NCBI GenBank assembly: GCA_951406725.2
Contig: OX597831.1
Coordinates: 76,446,001-76,510,000, forward strand
DNA length: 64,000 bases
DNA from: Octopus vulgaris
Lineage: Eukaryota
Direction of reading: 5' to 3'
A model generated the notes under the pieces. The model saw only the letters and a program-made list of their open reading frames with translations, had not been told where the DNA came from and did no database searches. Shown piece by piece: positions 1 to 13,180 of the stretch; positions within the stretch are counted from its first letter, which is position 1, and every line of letters starts with the position of its first letter. The position numbers and the translations under genes were made by a program.

Positions 1-1059
1 AGGTCTTCTTTGTTCTAGCTACAACGGAGAGAAAGAAACACAAGTTAGGAGAAGAAAGTTGGCTGATGGTCACGTGGGAGCCACATTAGCAACGACGAGG
101 AGTGAGAGAGAGAGTGACAGAGTAATAGGAAAGAATAGGGGGAGAAGAGAAGGTAAAAGAATAAGAGAGAGAAAGAGAGAAAAACAAAAGAGTAAAAAGA
201 TCATAATACATATATATATACATACATATATGTACATATATATACATACACGTATATATATATATACACATATAGTGAACTCGTTCTTCTACAAAATGAA
301 TATAAATGGATAAGAGCGTTGTAGTTAGCTTGAAACATTGTAGTAAAGATATAGAGTAATGAATGAAATGGTTATAACGACACTCATAGAGAATGCAGAG
401 ATTTTTATAAAACTAATATACATCAACATTATAATTAGCTGATAGGTTCTGAGTACTTTGATACGTTGGATTTAAGGAGAAATTATAGATCTAAAATTTA
501 TTCAATTTAGAGAAAAGTCTATCACTTATTATGAGTAGGCATAATACTTATTAATTGGGGAAAAAGTCTTATTAATCAAGTGAATATATTAGGGGTCAAA
601 AATATATAATAGGAAAAATGGAAGAGGAGAAATCAAAGAAGAAAGGTATTCGTAGGTTTAGTAGAAAGTAATTTAATAATCTGAAGAGAAGTAATTTAGA
701 AGAGTAAATTATTCAGATTTCATAGATAGTGAGTTGTTATTAATGAATCTGTTGGAAATAATATTTACTACCCGTGGAGAAAGGTTAATTAGTTAGGTAA
801 AAATATCTTAGGTTAATTATATATTAAGAAATGGAAGTGAGATAATCAAGGTGAACCGAATAGTTTCCTTAGGGACATAGAATTTATACTATTTAGTATT
901 GGAGAATATTAAAAAAAAATTTAATTCTAAGTTTGTGATGAAGTTTTTTAGTAATCTATGTATGTTGAATTAAAAACCAGTATGCTATATTCGTTCTTAT
1001 TTGGTTATAAAGAATTAAAATTTGAAAAATTTAGGAATATTCACAATATTATTATTTTA

Positions 1060-2942
1060 AATATTTAAACGTACGGGTTGTGCGATGAATGTAAGATACT
1101 CCTAGCTCCGAACGGTTATTTAACAGATTTGTATTACTCCTATGTTTTAAAATTTCATGTTTCCATGGAACAAAGTTGACAACCATCCCTACTATTTTTA
1201 TAAGGCCGTGCTTTTCTTACTATATCCTATTTCAGGTTGAATTCTATATAATTCGTTTTTAGTTCCCAAATTTTACTAGACAATGTTGTGCAACCTGCTT
1301 TGTGTTTGAGCCTAAAGGAGGAAAAATGATTGTTTAAACGTTTTTTAAAATCTACCGAACAACCGAAATAAAGATAGTTGTTATTTGAAGTTATTATTGT
1401 ACATTTATAAATCACGTTTTGGACCGAACAGCGGCCAGATACCGGACATTTCAATCTAATCCTACAATTACAAATGGGGGGATAATTTCCAGAACTAGTA
1501 TTATTTAAGGACAGTTCATTTTCATTTCTGTTATTTGAGTTGTTATTAGTATTAGTGTTATTTTCTCTAATAGTAGTTACACTGTTATGCAAACTGGGGT
1601 TACTAGTTATTAATCCATCCTCATTATCCTCACCTACTACACTTTTATCTATACTACCTATATTATTGACGTTGTTATTATTATTATTATCATCATCTTT
1701 ATTAATATTATTATTATTACCATTATTATTATTATTATTATTATTATCATCATCATCATTATTATTATTGCTATTTTTTATTATTACTATTATTCTTGTT
1801 GTTACTATTCATTCTATCCCTAGCAAACTTAATATTTTTACTATTAAGTCTAGCTATTATGGTAGCCATATTTGGGAGAGTAGAATATGATATTCTTACT
1901 GATTTCTTAGAAATTATTTTATAATATTTATGGGAGACATAAATCTACTGTATATATTCGTCGAGATCGCACAGTTGAAGGGGATATTTAACCAAATGAC
2001 ATTTTTTCCTTTATATTTTTTGTTTGAGTAAGAGTGGGAAAGATTAGTGTCATCCATATTCTTACGAGATTTATTATTCGTTTTAGTCTTATTTTTATGT
2101 TTATTAGGTTTTTTCTTTGTGAGAGAAATGTTTGTATAATTATTTACGTTTATTTTATCTGGGTTAGCATTTTCATATTTATTTATGATCTGTTTACTAT
2201 TTCCATTCTTATTATTGGGTTTATAAACTAGGTTCTTTTCTTCTATTGATTTATGTTTATTTAAGATATGAGATTCCATATTACTTGAGCCATTTACATT
2301 CACTTCATTGTTTAGGAGATTTATGTTATCAAGATCTAGGAAGGTGATTTCCTGGTCGTATCCAGCCTTGGATTCTGCAACATTATATTGATTAGAGTGA
2401 GAGTCAAAGATTTGAATATTCGATGATAATTTTGAAATTCTCTGAGAAATATATTTCAATATTAATTTAAGTATATTCGGGGGGTGATTAGATGATTTAT
2501 TTACGTATCTGGTAACTTCACCCTCCTGTCTAAATGGTTGATGTAACTTTGAAGTTAAGTCTAAGGTAACGTCTAGAAAATTCCCTAGCTTGGTGTTAGG
2601 TTCATACGTAATGCCTAGGTTGAAATCTTTGAAAAATTTACTAATTTTCTTTCTTATCCTCTCAATTTTTTATTTATTGTTACTAGGTACAATAAACAAA
2701 GCATCATCTCTATATAAACCACCTTATAATTCCAGGATATCTCTATTTATGCACTTTAATAAATACGCTCCTACTAGATTAGTTATCTCCGCCGAATCAC
2801 TTGAGTCCATAGGTATATCAAAATTATTAGGGGTATCTGCCCTAGTACATAATTTTCCTTCAAATTCGATGATAGTTCGATCATAGCTAATAGGATGATG
2901 TCAATTTCTTCCCTAGATATGAGAGAGAGGTTCTTAGCAAAA
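1060..2942 (-). mobile_element. Decayed Penelope-like retroelement (RT, thumb, Asn-rich linker, Cys-rich motif, C-terminal GIY-YIG endonuclease), 5'-truncated at a microsatellite; probably Naiad-type
   Basis: Minus-strand translation gives FDIPMDSSDSAEITNLVGAYLL..GGLYRDDALF (RT core), FLDVTLDL..YVNKSSNHPPNI (thumb), KNVIWLNIPF, and CNCR..CPVSGRC..VIYKC..LYFGCSVDFKKRLNNH..LSSKIWELK..CQLC..LLNNRSEL (GIY-YIG). Several stops and frameshifts. Clade call rests on remembered motifs, not a phylogeny. Confidence 0.9.
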
Positions 2943-2944
2943 GA

Positions 2945-3038
<94 letters not shown>

Positions 3039-3176
3039 TAATTTAGGGTATCTAAGAGATGCCTCCACGCAGGAAATAGCAGTCAAAACTTGACTCTAAA
3101 GCCACATTAAATGTTCATACAGCCCCAGGAGAGAAGATAAAGAGACAAAATAAACTAGCAAAGAAATTACTGGATA

Positions 3177-3235
3177 ATTCCAGATCCCGGACTTCTGACT
3201 TTGCATAAGAAATACTTGGCCATCATCAGTGGAAT
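3177..3235 (-). ncRNA. Type I hammerhead ribozyme motif (GAAG variant) in a putative Penelope pseudo-LTR fragment
   Basis: Minus strand AUUCCA-CUGAUGA-UGGC...GUCA-GAAG-UCCGGGAUC-UGGAAU: 6-bp stem I, 4-bp stem II, short stem III, AUC triplet; A15.1 is G. Confidence 0.7.
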
Positions 3236-3369
3236 ACACTCAGATCTTATACTTATTTATATATATATATATGTATGTATGTATGCATGTATGTATGCAT
3301 ATGTATGTATGCATGTATGTATGTATGCATGTATGTATGTATGCATATGTATGTATATACATACATATA

Positions 3370-3499
3370 CCGGATTAAGTACATAAATGTGAAACAAGGT
3401 AGAAAAAAGTGTACTCAAATACCAGAGGTAGAGTAATATGCTTTATTTAAAAGCAGCAGAAAAATAACAAAAGCAGTTACTCAGAGTTTCACGCTGCCG

Positions 3500-3501
<2 letters not shown>
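3370..3501 (-). mobile_element. Pseudo-LTR-like fragment with the 3' half of a hammerhead, truncated at (TA)n
   Basis: Minus strand ACG-GCAG-CGU-GAAAC-UCUGA-GUA; the CUGANGA part is replaced by (TA)n. Confidence 0.45.
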
Positions 3502-3593
<92 letters not shown>

Positions 3594-3730
3594 CGACCCC
3601 TGCAAGAATATTAAGTGCAAACACTTCTGCACAAAGTCTGATATTTAGTTGATATTGTTTGGGTGTGCAAATTAGATCGACCTAACAAGGTGCCTCAATT
3701 TCAGTACTTAGCTCAACTGAATCTTAATCA

Positions 3731-3898
3731 TAGGTGCAGGAGTGGCTGTGTGCTAAGAAGCTTATTAGCCTTCTACATGGTTCCGGTTTCGGTCCCACTG
3801 TATTGCACCTTTACCATATGTCTTCTGTTATAGAGTCGGGCCGACCCAAAGCCTTGTGAGTGGATTTGGTAGGCGGAAACTGGAAGAAGCCTGTCGTT

Positions 3899-3954
<56 letters not shown>

Positions 3955-3995
3955 TGTGTCTGTGTTTGTCCCCCTTCCACCGCTTGACAACCGAT
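3731..3995 (+). mobile_element. SINE family A (tRNA-derived head, internal TA/TG microsatellite), partial
   Basis: Matches full copy at 40083-40471 (ggagtggctgtgtg..gtcccactg..gccttgtgagtggatttggtag). Confidence 0.85.
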
Positions 3996-3998
3996 ATT

Positions 3999-4210
3999 AG
4001 GCGGCGAGCTGGCAGAAACGTTAGCACGTTGGGCGAAATGCGTAGCCGTATTTCGTCTGCCGCTACGTTTTGCCTTTCATCCTTTCGGGGTCGATAAATT
4101 AAGTACCAGTTACCCACTGGGGTCGATATAATCGACTTAATCCGTTTTTCTGTCCTTGTTAGTCCTCTCTGTCCTTGTTACTACCCCTTGTGGGTAGTAA
4201 AGAAATAGAT
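3999..4210 (+). mobile_element. SINE family B (tRNA-derived, Meta-domain-like core)
   Basis: ggcggcgagctggcagaaacgttagcacg..gcctttcatcctttcggggtcgataaattaagtacc, repeated many times in the window. Confidence 0.85.
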
Positions 4211-4256
4211 ATTAGTATTTTACATTCCCGTAACTTAGCGGTTATATATATATATA

Positions 4257-4309
<53 letters not shown>

Positions 4310-4398
4310 TTACTGTTGTTGCTGCTACCTCTACTACACTGCTACTGCTGCTCTTCCTCTTCCTACAACTATTAGTAGTAGTAGCTGTTGTTGTTTTA

Positions 4399-4504
<106 letters not shown>

Positions 4505-4899
4505 CAATAAAGCTCTGTACATCCATATATCATTGAGCGCCACCACCACCGGCACCTCCACCATTCCAAGATCCACAACTACTGACTTACCATATCTTTG
4601 TTGTTCCTCACACCACCACCGCTACACACATACGCACACACACACACACGCACGCACACACGCACACACATACACACACATGCACACTCATCTCCACCGC
4701 CGAGGCCACCACCACTACCACCACATTTAAGTGACCATTAAAAGTTCAATCTCAAAGCGTTCCACACCCACCGACCCACCCACCTACCCACCCCTACCCC
4801 ACCCACACCATCAAGATTTCCATTTGCCCAACGTCACCGACATCTCCGTCGGTTGAAGTTTACCATTAACTATCTCCGTCATCACCATCTGTCCAATAT

Positions 4900-5170
4900 A
4901 GAAACTATCACCACCACCACCACCACCACCACAACCATCATCACCACCACAGCCGCCGCCGCAACCATCATCACCAACACCTACATCACTACCACCACCA
5001 CCACCACCACCATCACCACCACTACCACCACCACCACCATCAACACCACCACAACCTCCACCACCACCAACATCACCACCACTACCACCACCACCACCAT
5101 CACCACCACCACCACCACCAGTACCATCACTACCACAATCACCACCACCACCATCACCACCTACATCACT
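4900..5170. repeat. (ACC)n-type degenerate trinucleotide array
   Basis: Direct reading; similar blocks at about 7215-7780, 8090-8900, 15830-16325, 20890-21185, 26770-27770. Confidence 0.95.
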
Positions 5171-5174
5171 ACCA

Positions 5175-5203
5175 CAAACACAGACACACAAACATATTCA
5201 CAA

Positions 5204-5256
<53 letters not shown>

Positions 5257-5408
5257 CGACGGGCTTCTTTCAGTTTCCGTCCACCAAATCCACTCACAAG
5301 GCTTTGGTCGGCCCGAGGTTATGGTAGAAGACACTTGCCCAAGGTCCACGCAGTGGGACTGAACCTGGAACCATGTGGTTCGTAACCAAGCTACTTACCA
5401 CACAGCCT
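5175..5408 (-). mobile_element. SINE family A, 5' half
   Basis: Reverse complement of the family A head. Confidence 0.85.
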
Positions 5409-5749
5409 ATTGGCCCCATGATGAAAATAAGTAAAATCATTTTCGGTAGGATTTGAACTCAGAACGAAAAGTGATAAATATCACAGCACATTGTTGCCCA
5501 GTAATTCTAGAGGTTCTTCAGCTCTTAAGGTAACGGACCTTAGGAAGTACCAAAATCATTGGAAAAGGAAGGTCTTCGGTTTTGATATTCTTTTGTGCGA
5601 CGCATTATTTCCTCTCTCTACACGTCTGTGTATATCTTTAGGTATGAGTGTGCGTGTGCATGTTTGTGTGTATGCATGTATGTATGTATGTTTGTATATA
5701 TGTGTGTGTATGTGTATGTATGAAAGTATGTATGTTTATATGTACGTTT

Positions 5750-5940
5750 TCGCGTGTGTACCGTTGGCGATTTTTTTTTCCTCCGTCTTCCCTTCTTTGG
5801 ATCTTTCCTTTTCCTATGTTTCTGACGAAGAGCTCCACCCGAAACGTTAAACCCTCCTTCTTTCCTTCTTTCCTGAGCGTCCAATAATACTATACTTGTT
5901 CCACGTCCTCGCGTTGTTGTGTTTTCATGTTTGGATTAAC
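5750..5940 (+). mobile_element. About 200-bp pseudo-LTR-like module with minimal hammerhead (5818-5852)
   Basis: GUUU-CUGACGA-AGAGCUCCACCC-GAAAC-GUU-AAAC. Near-identical copies at 6622-6826 (-) and 41746-41954 (+); all flanked by TA/TG microsatellite. Confidence 0.8.
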
Positions 5941-6268
5941 TATATATATATATATATATGAATAAATAAATGGAGTTTTTTCTAAAAATCCCCTAGTAAA
6001 CACGGTTATAGAGCGAGTGTACATATGTAAACATTGGCAAAAACATACATTTAGTGCATATAAGTAGTCTCTATCATTATATATAATTTAAACTTTAATT
6101 TCCTTTATATTTAACATTCACTATTAATATCCCTACTCTTTCTGTAAGATACTTATGACGTTATATCATATAACGTTTTTTTAAACAATATTAATAGCGT
6201 TCAGTCAATTGCTATACAAATCCATCATTTTTTGCTAAAATGTCTTATTGACGAGTTTCGTTTTTTTC

Positions 6269-6354
6269 ACTTTCCTGAAGAGAAGATTGCATTGTTTATA
6301 TCATTTATTCTTTTGAATAGTATCAGTGGAATTTTCGAAACATGTGTCGAAAGT
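6269..6354 (+). ncRNA. Type I hammerhead ribozyme with intact core and palindromic minimal stem III
   Basis: ACUUUC-CUGAAGA-GAAGAUU...AAUUUUC-GAAAC-AUGU-GUC-GAAAGU: 6-bp stem I, 7-bp stem II (one G-U), GUC cleavage triplet. Confidence 0.85.
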
Positions 6355-6553
6355 AAAAATATTTGATTTACATCTGCGTTAAACTCCATTTATTTATTCA
6401 TATATTATTCAAAATATTCCACGTAAACACGAAGTTTTTACCTTTATAAACAAGGAGTTATAACATCTTTACTTGTGAGATGTTTGCTACCCTGGTAACT
6501 ATTTATTTATTTTTTCCGTGTTAATTGTTAACAAGGTAAAAATACACTCATCA

Positions 6554-6621
<68 letters not shown>

Positions 6622-6624
<3 letters not shown>

Positions 6625-6826
6625 TAATCCAAACAAGAAAGCACAAAACAACACAACAACGCGAGGACGTGGAACAAATATAGTATTATTGGACGCTCAG
6701 GAAATAAGGAAAGAAGGAGGGTTTGACGTTTCGAGCGGAGCTCTTCGTCGGAAACATAGGAGAAGGAAAGATCCAGAGAAGGGAAGACAGAGAAAAAAAT
6801 CGCCAACGGTACACACGAGGTCACAT
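6622..6826 (-). mobile_element. Second copy of the 200-bp minimal-hammerhead module (core CCGACGA, 6721-6755)
   Basis: Reverse complement of 5750-5940; perfect GAGC/GCUC stem II and GAAACGUC-AAAC. Confidence 0.8.
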
Positions 6827-6841
6827 GTATATATATATCTA

Positions 6842-6902
<61 letters not shown>

Positions 6903-9078
6903 GAACATGAATATGTATATATGTATATAGGTGCCCCAGCATGGCCGCGGCCTTCGGGCTAAAACATTTTTAAGGATATATATATTCATATACATATATA
7001 TACATACATATATGTATGTGCATGTATGTACATATATGCAAATGTGGGGTACGGATGGGGGGGAGTGCCTCAGTATCTCTACCCTACTGACAAGACAATT
7101 TGTCAAAATTCCCTTAGGAAAACATTTCTTTGTTTATTTATATATTTATTTCCGATATTTTCTCGCCATCTCACTTCTGTCACCTCATCCCCCCCCTCGA
7201 ATCCTTCCTCCCCTCCACCACCGCAACCATCACCAGAGACAACATCACACCACCACCATCACCATCACCACCAGCATTACCATTACCACTACGTGACCAC
7301 CAGCACCGCCACCACCACCATCACAACCACCACAACCACATCCACCACTAACACTACGAGACCACCTCCACCACCACCACTACCGCCAACACTACGAGAC
7401 CACCACAGCCACCACCACAACCACAACCATCACCATCACCACTACCACTACGAGACCACAACTACCACCACCACCACCACTACCTCATCAGCACTAGTGA
7501 CAACACTCACATCTCTACCATACACTTCTACCACGACCACCTTGGCCCGTCCCACCACCACCACCACCACCACCTTCGCCCGTCCCACCACCACCTTCGT
7601 CCGCCCCCACCACCACCTTCGTCCGCCCCCCACCACCACCACCACCACCACCACTACCATAACCACCGCCACCAGCGCCACCACCACCACCGCCACCAGC
7701 GCCACCACCACCAGCGCCACCAGCGCCACCACTATCACCACCATCACCACCACCACCACTGCTGCAACCATCACCACTACATCTGCGACCGTATGTCTAA
7801 CACTTTTCGCACCCGATTCCGCCATTAAAGTATCGAGGACTCATCTATTTGGACGCTGGACCCGTGAGAAATAACACGCAAAGGTCCCTCAAATCACACC
7901 CTGTCGTCTTTTAAATACAAGGATACATTAGATAATGTACTCCTAGCTATACTGTGCCTGTGTGAAAAACAAAACAAAAACAAAACGAGACGAAAGATAT
8001 TAAGGAAAGGGTGTCTTTGATCTGAGGTGTTTGGCATGGAGGCTGACCCGGGGCTAAATAAAACCGTTTCTTCTGTTGCCACCAGCAAGCACCACCATCA
8101 ATTCCATCTTCACCATCACCACAACCACCACCACCACCAACACCACCACCAACACCGCCGCCGCCGCCGCTACGCCACCATTACCACAATCAGTACTAAC
8201 TCTGCCACCATCTCCAGCTTCGCCACCTTCATCATCCCCATCACCGCCACTACTAGTACAACACTAACAGCATCATCATCATCACCACCACCACCACCAC
8301 CATCAAACAATTAGGCAGGCTTGATATGGCCACTCGACCTGCTAAAAATAGCAATCAAATATCACGTTTTAATGTATTCAAATCCCTCTTGACCATGTCA
8401 GATGAAGACTAGCATGGGAGTTAAGCAACAACAACAACAACAGTAGCAGCGACACCACCAGCACAACCCCACCCCTGTCACTACCGCGGACCCGCCCATC
8501 CTCCCTCCTCACCATCACCATCATTCACACGGTTTGCTATCACTAACATCAGCCCCATTACGTCCACCGACATCACCCACCATCACAACCATCATCATCA
8601 TCATCATCATCATGACTACGTGTGCCATCACCACCACCACGCCGCCACCATCTCCGCCACCACCATCAACACCACCAGCCAGTATCACCGCCACCACAAC
8701 CACTCCCATCGCCATTACCACCATCACCACAACTACCATCAACGCCACCAGCCGGTATCACCGCCACAACAACTAATACAACAACCACCACCATCACCAC
8801 CACCATCACCACCACCACCATCACCAGTACCACCACTACCACTTCCATCATCACCAGTACCACCACTACCACTTCCATCATTACCACTATGTGACCACCA
8901 CCACCATTTCCTCTTTCAACAAACGTCTCGTTTGTAATGACAGGTCTTGTATGGAAAAAGAAAACCCAGATTTTTTTTCTTATTTCATTAAGAAATGGAA
9001 GAAGATATTGCAAGTGAGAGGATTCAAATGGCTTTAACAATATGGTCTGCAGTATAGACTTTCATTCGAACCATTATA

Positions 9079-9644
9079 TTGGGTTGTCCGGAAAGTTCGC
9101 GCCGATTTTTAAAGGAAAGAAAAAGGTCAATAAATACTTGCCGTTACATTTTTAATCAACCAAATATGAACCATTTTGTTGCACAATGCGTTTCCATCTT
9201 TCCTTTAACTTGAAAATACCCTCTTCCCAGAGTTGAGGTGGTTTCATGGCAAAGAATTCATCAAGGTATCTTTTTACGTCATTCAAGGAATTGAAATTTT
9301 TACCATTAAGACTATTCTGCAGAGACCTGAATAAGTGGAAATCCGAAGGAGCAATATCTGGTGAATATGGGGGGGGGTGTAACACATCCCAGCCGAGCTG
9401 CAGCAATTTTTGTCTGGTTCCCAAAGCATCAGGTGCCGAAAATGAACTTTCTTATTTTCCATTTTAAAGGGTTACAGAATTAACACAGGTTATAGGAACA
9501 TAAACCTTCTTCCATGAAAAGATAGCTTAAACTGTGCCCTAAATGGAGGTGTAGTCAAATCCTATTTTATGGACTCAGCCATGTTCTAAAATAAGTCGAA
9601 AGGTAAGCTACTATAAATCGGCACAAACTTTCCGGACAACCCAA
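9079..9644 (-). mobile_element. Internally deleted mariner transposon with TIRs and TA target duplication
   Basis: TIR ttgggttgtccggaaagtt..gccgattt at both ends, flanked by TA. ORF 9152-9424 has HPPPYSPDIAPSDFHLFRSL..ERW..NGSY (mariner C-terminus). Confidence 0.93.
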
Positions 9645-9921
9645 TATCATAACCTAAAAAAGGGTGGCGACATGGCAGAATCACTAGCACGCCGGACAAA
9701 CTGCTTTGGAGCTTTATGCTCGAAGTTCAAATACCACCGAGATCTGCTTTGCTTTTCATTCTTCGGGGCTCGATAAAATAACAACTATTTGATCACTTGG
9801 ATTGAAATAATCGATTTTCTAATCTCCTTATTATAGGTGGCTGTGAGCCCAGTATTAGAAAGAATATCATGATTTACAGATGTGTGCGTTCTCAGGGGTC
9901 TCATCTATATACTATTGTCAT

Positions 9922-10227
9922 GGCACTCCGTCGGTTACGACGACGAGCGTTCCAGTTGATCCGATCTACAGAACAGCCTTGCTCGTGAAATTAACGTGCA
10001 AGTGGCTGAACACTCCACAGACACTTGTACCCCTAATGTAGTTCTCGGAGAGATTCAGCGTGACACAGCGCATGACAAGAGTACAGCAGGGTTCGCTACC
10101 ACCCCTTGCCAGAGCCTCGTGGGGCTTTAGGTGTTTTCGCTCAATAAACACTCACAACGCCCGGTCTGGGAATTGAAACCGCGATCCTACGACTGCGACT
10201 CCGCTTCACTAACCACTGGGCCATTGT
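9922..10227 (-). mobile_element. SINE family C (tRNA-derived head aatggcccagtggttag..)
   Basis: Matches copies at 16957-17325, 34170-34510, 45257-45638. Confidence 0.85.
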
Positions 10228-10619
10228 GAAGAACCTGCAACCCTCTGAGAGACTAAGAGCTTTTTGTTTTCTTGCTGAGTTTGGAGAAAGTGAAAATACT
10301 CATGGTCCTTGCAAACCCTCCGTTACTTGTGAGCCTGGTGACATTAATGTTCTAAATTAACCTTTTTGATAGCAACCCTCCAAGATCCGGCTCTGGTTCA
10401 ATAATACAAATTTCCTGTATTAAAAATTGTCTCTACTAAAACCTTCCATGAAAATTTCATTTCTCTTCGTATTTCAATCACCAGTTTAATAATAATGGCC
10501 AAGGTTACTTTATTAAATGCTGAAATTCTTCTTTTATTAAATTCATCATTCTTTTTCCAAAATAAATTGAAGTCAAGGCAATGGAATTCAACGGAAATAT
10601 GGCAACACAAGGCTTGGAG

Positions 10620-10800
10620 CAGCGGTTCTCAACCATTTCTTTTTTTTCTTCTTTTTGCCTATGGATCCCTTCGATTCGTATCCTATTCAGGTAGACCCTC
10701 AAACCTATTCAATGTTTGAAAAATCATGCTATATTTTGATAATTAAATTTTATTAGAAATTATATTAAGAAAATTGCTAAAATATTTTAAATATTGTGGA
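10620..10800. mobile_element. hAT-like MITE fragment
   Basis: Starts cagcggttctcaacc (hAT-type TIR); homologous to about 16812-16900. Confidence 0.5.
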
Positions 10801-10985
10801 AGCATAACCAAATACTCTTTTACTTTGACCTCGGCCATGCTGGAGCACCGCCTTTAGTCGAAGTAATTGACCCTTAGACTTATTCTTTGTAAGCCTAGTA
10901 GTTGCTGGTAAGATTGTAAAGGAGAACCAACAACGTCTCGAGGATAGCTGCTGTAGGAAGTCACACAAAAGTATTTCTTGAACCA

Positions 10986-11378
10986 AGAGTGGCTGTGTGG
11001 TAAGTAGCTTGCTTACAAACTACATGGCTCCAGGTTCAGTACCACTGCGTGGCATCTTGGGCAAGTGTCTTCTACTATAGCCTCGAGCCGACCAAAGCCT
11101 TGTGAGTGGATTCGGTAGATGGAAACTCAAAGAAGCTCTTCGTATATATGTATATATGTATGTGTGTGTATAATGTTTGTGTGTCAGTGTTTGCCCCCCT
11201 GGCATTGCTTGACAACCGATGCTGGTGTGTTTACGTCCCCATCACTTAGCGGTTCGACAAAAGATACCGATAGAAGAAGTACTGGGCTTACAAAGAATAA
11301 GTCCTGGGGTCGATTTGCTCGACTAAAGGCGGTGCTTCAGCATTTCCGCATTCAAATGACTGAAACAAGTAAAAGAGA
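10986..11378 (+). mobile_element. SINE family A, near full length
   Basis: Head, internal microsatellite and gactgaaacaagtaaaagag tail present. Confidence 0.88.
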
Positions 11379-11396
11379 ATGTCCGCCAAAATAACA

Positions 11397-12105
11397 TTGA
11401 CTTGGCCTCAGTTCTTGCGATGGGGTAGATACTACTACTCATTTACCATGCTACGCCAGACTTCACGGTCCATCATAGCATTACGGAGGTCCTGTTGCTG
11501 GATGCCTGTATCCCTGGAGATTACATCAGGGTAGGAGAGTGTGCGCCCTCTGGTATTGCGAGTAGATGGCTTCCAGAGGAGAAGAGTAGAAATTACTTCT
11601 TTTTCAGCTCTACAACAATGTCCAGCAAACTGGACTCTCCTACCTTTCACAAGAGATGACACAGGTGGTAGTTTCCCATATATTTGCATTTTGGTTGGAT
11701 GGCGCCTCCACGAGAGATTTTGAGCTCTCATAAGGAGGCGAGTGTAGGTTCCATCCAACCGCCTCTCAAGCTTCTTTGATAACGTCCAGGTTTCTGAGCC
11801 ATATAGTAGAATTGGTTCGACTGTGGCTTTGAATATTTCAAGTTTGAAGTCTCTACTTAGATTTGATGACCAGATCTTATGCATGTCATTACAGGCTGAC
11901 CAGGCCATACCCTTTCTAGTTAGAAAGTCTTTTCCAGATGATATGTATGACCCAAGATATTTATTATCAGAAACCATATTTAAGGGCGCGTTGTTGAGAG
12001 TATGTATGATGAAATCACTGTTGGACAGGCACTTGTTTATGTATTCAGTTTTGGCCTCATTGAGGTAAAGACCTACACAATTTGTTTGCAAGTGGGTAAC
12101 CCTCT
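11397..12105 (-). mobile_element. RTE-group LINE reverse transcriptase C-terminal fragment
   Basis: VGLYLNEAKTEY..KYLGSYI..VEPILLYGSETWTL..LDGTYTRLLMRA..RRVQFAGHC..AMMDREVWR. Confidence 0.9.
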
Positions 12106-12428
12106 GTACTACTACTACAACTACCACTAACACCACTACCACCACACCACCACTACCACCACCACCACCATTACCAAGAACGCTTGCAACAACTAGAAAA
12201 CAACAACAAACTTTAAAGCTCAAAAGCAATTATTATGAGAATGAAGAAAGAAAAAAAGAATGAAGGAAAGAGGAAAAGAAAGAAAAAGAAAGAGAGAGAG
12301 AGAAAGAAGGAAGGTTGGGATGGGTGGGGAGGAATAAACAAGAAACGCCAACGTTTGGACGTTTGACCAGCGAGATACAAGTTGTCCTGATGCGTCCATC
12401 TGTTTCAAAAGGGATGACAGTGCCATCT

Positions 12429-13180
12429 GTATGTATGTATGTATGTATGTATGTGTGTGTATGTATGTATGTATGTATGTATGTATGTGTGTGTATGTAT
12501 GTATGTATGTATGTATGTATGTGTGTATGTATGTATGTATGATTGCATGTATGTGTATGTATGTATGTATGTATGTATGCATGTGTGTATGTATGTATGT
12601 ACGTACGTACGTATGTATGTATGTATGTATGTATGTATGTATGTGTGTATGTATGTATGTATGTGTGTATGTGTGTATGTATGTATGTATGTATGTATGT
12701 ATGTATGTATGCATGTATGTATGTGTGTATGTATGTATGTATGTATGTATGTATGTGTGTATGTATGTATGTGTGTATGTATGTATCTATGTATGTATGT
12801 ATGTATGTATGTATGCATGCATGCATACATGTATGTATGTATGTATGTATGTATGCATGTATGTATGTGTGTATGTATGTGTGTATGTATGTATGTATGT
12901 ATGTGTGTATGTATGTATGTATGTATGTATGTATGTATGTATGCATGTATGTATGTATGTATGCATGCATGCATGTATGCATGTATGTATGTATGTATGT
13001 ATCTATGTATGTGTGTATGCATGTATGTATGTATGTTTGTATGCATGTATGTATGTATGTATGCATGCATGCATGTATGTATGTATGTATGTACGCATGT
13101 ATGTATGTATGTATGTATGTATGTATGTATGTACGCATGTATGTATGTATGTATGTATGTATGTATGTATGTGTGTGTGT
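12429..13180. repeat. (TATG)n tetranucleotide array, about 750 bp
   Basis: Direct reading. Confidence 0.97.

Noticed and set aside
675-720. CUGAAGA flanked by aataat/attatt as a hammerhead
   Set aside because: No GAAA or stem II at the required position.
1140-1240. In-frame TGA/TAG in the PLE endonuclease as possible selenocysteine recoding (reported for some Naiad elements)
   Set aside because: The stops are not at conserved Cys positions and come with frameshifts, consistent with decay; no SECIS recognised.
5515-5625. Minus-strand CUGAAGA with upstream GAAA as another permuted hammerhead
   Set aside because: Could not find matching stems I and III.
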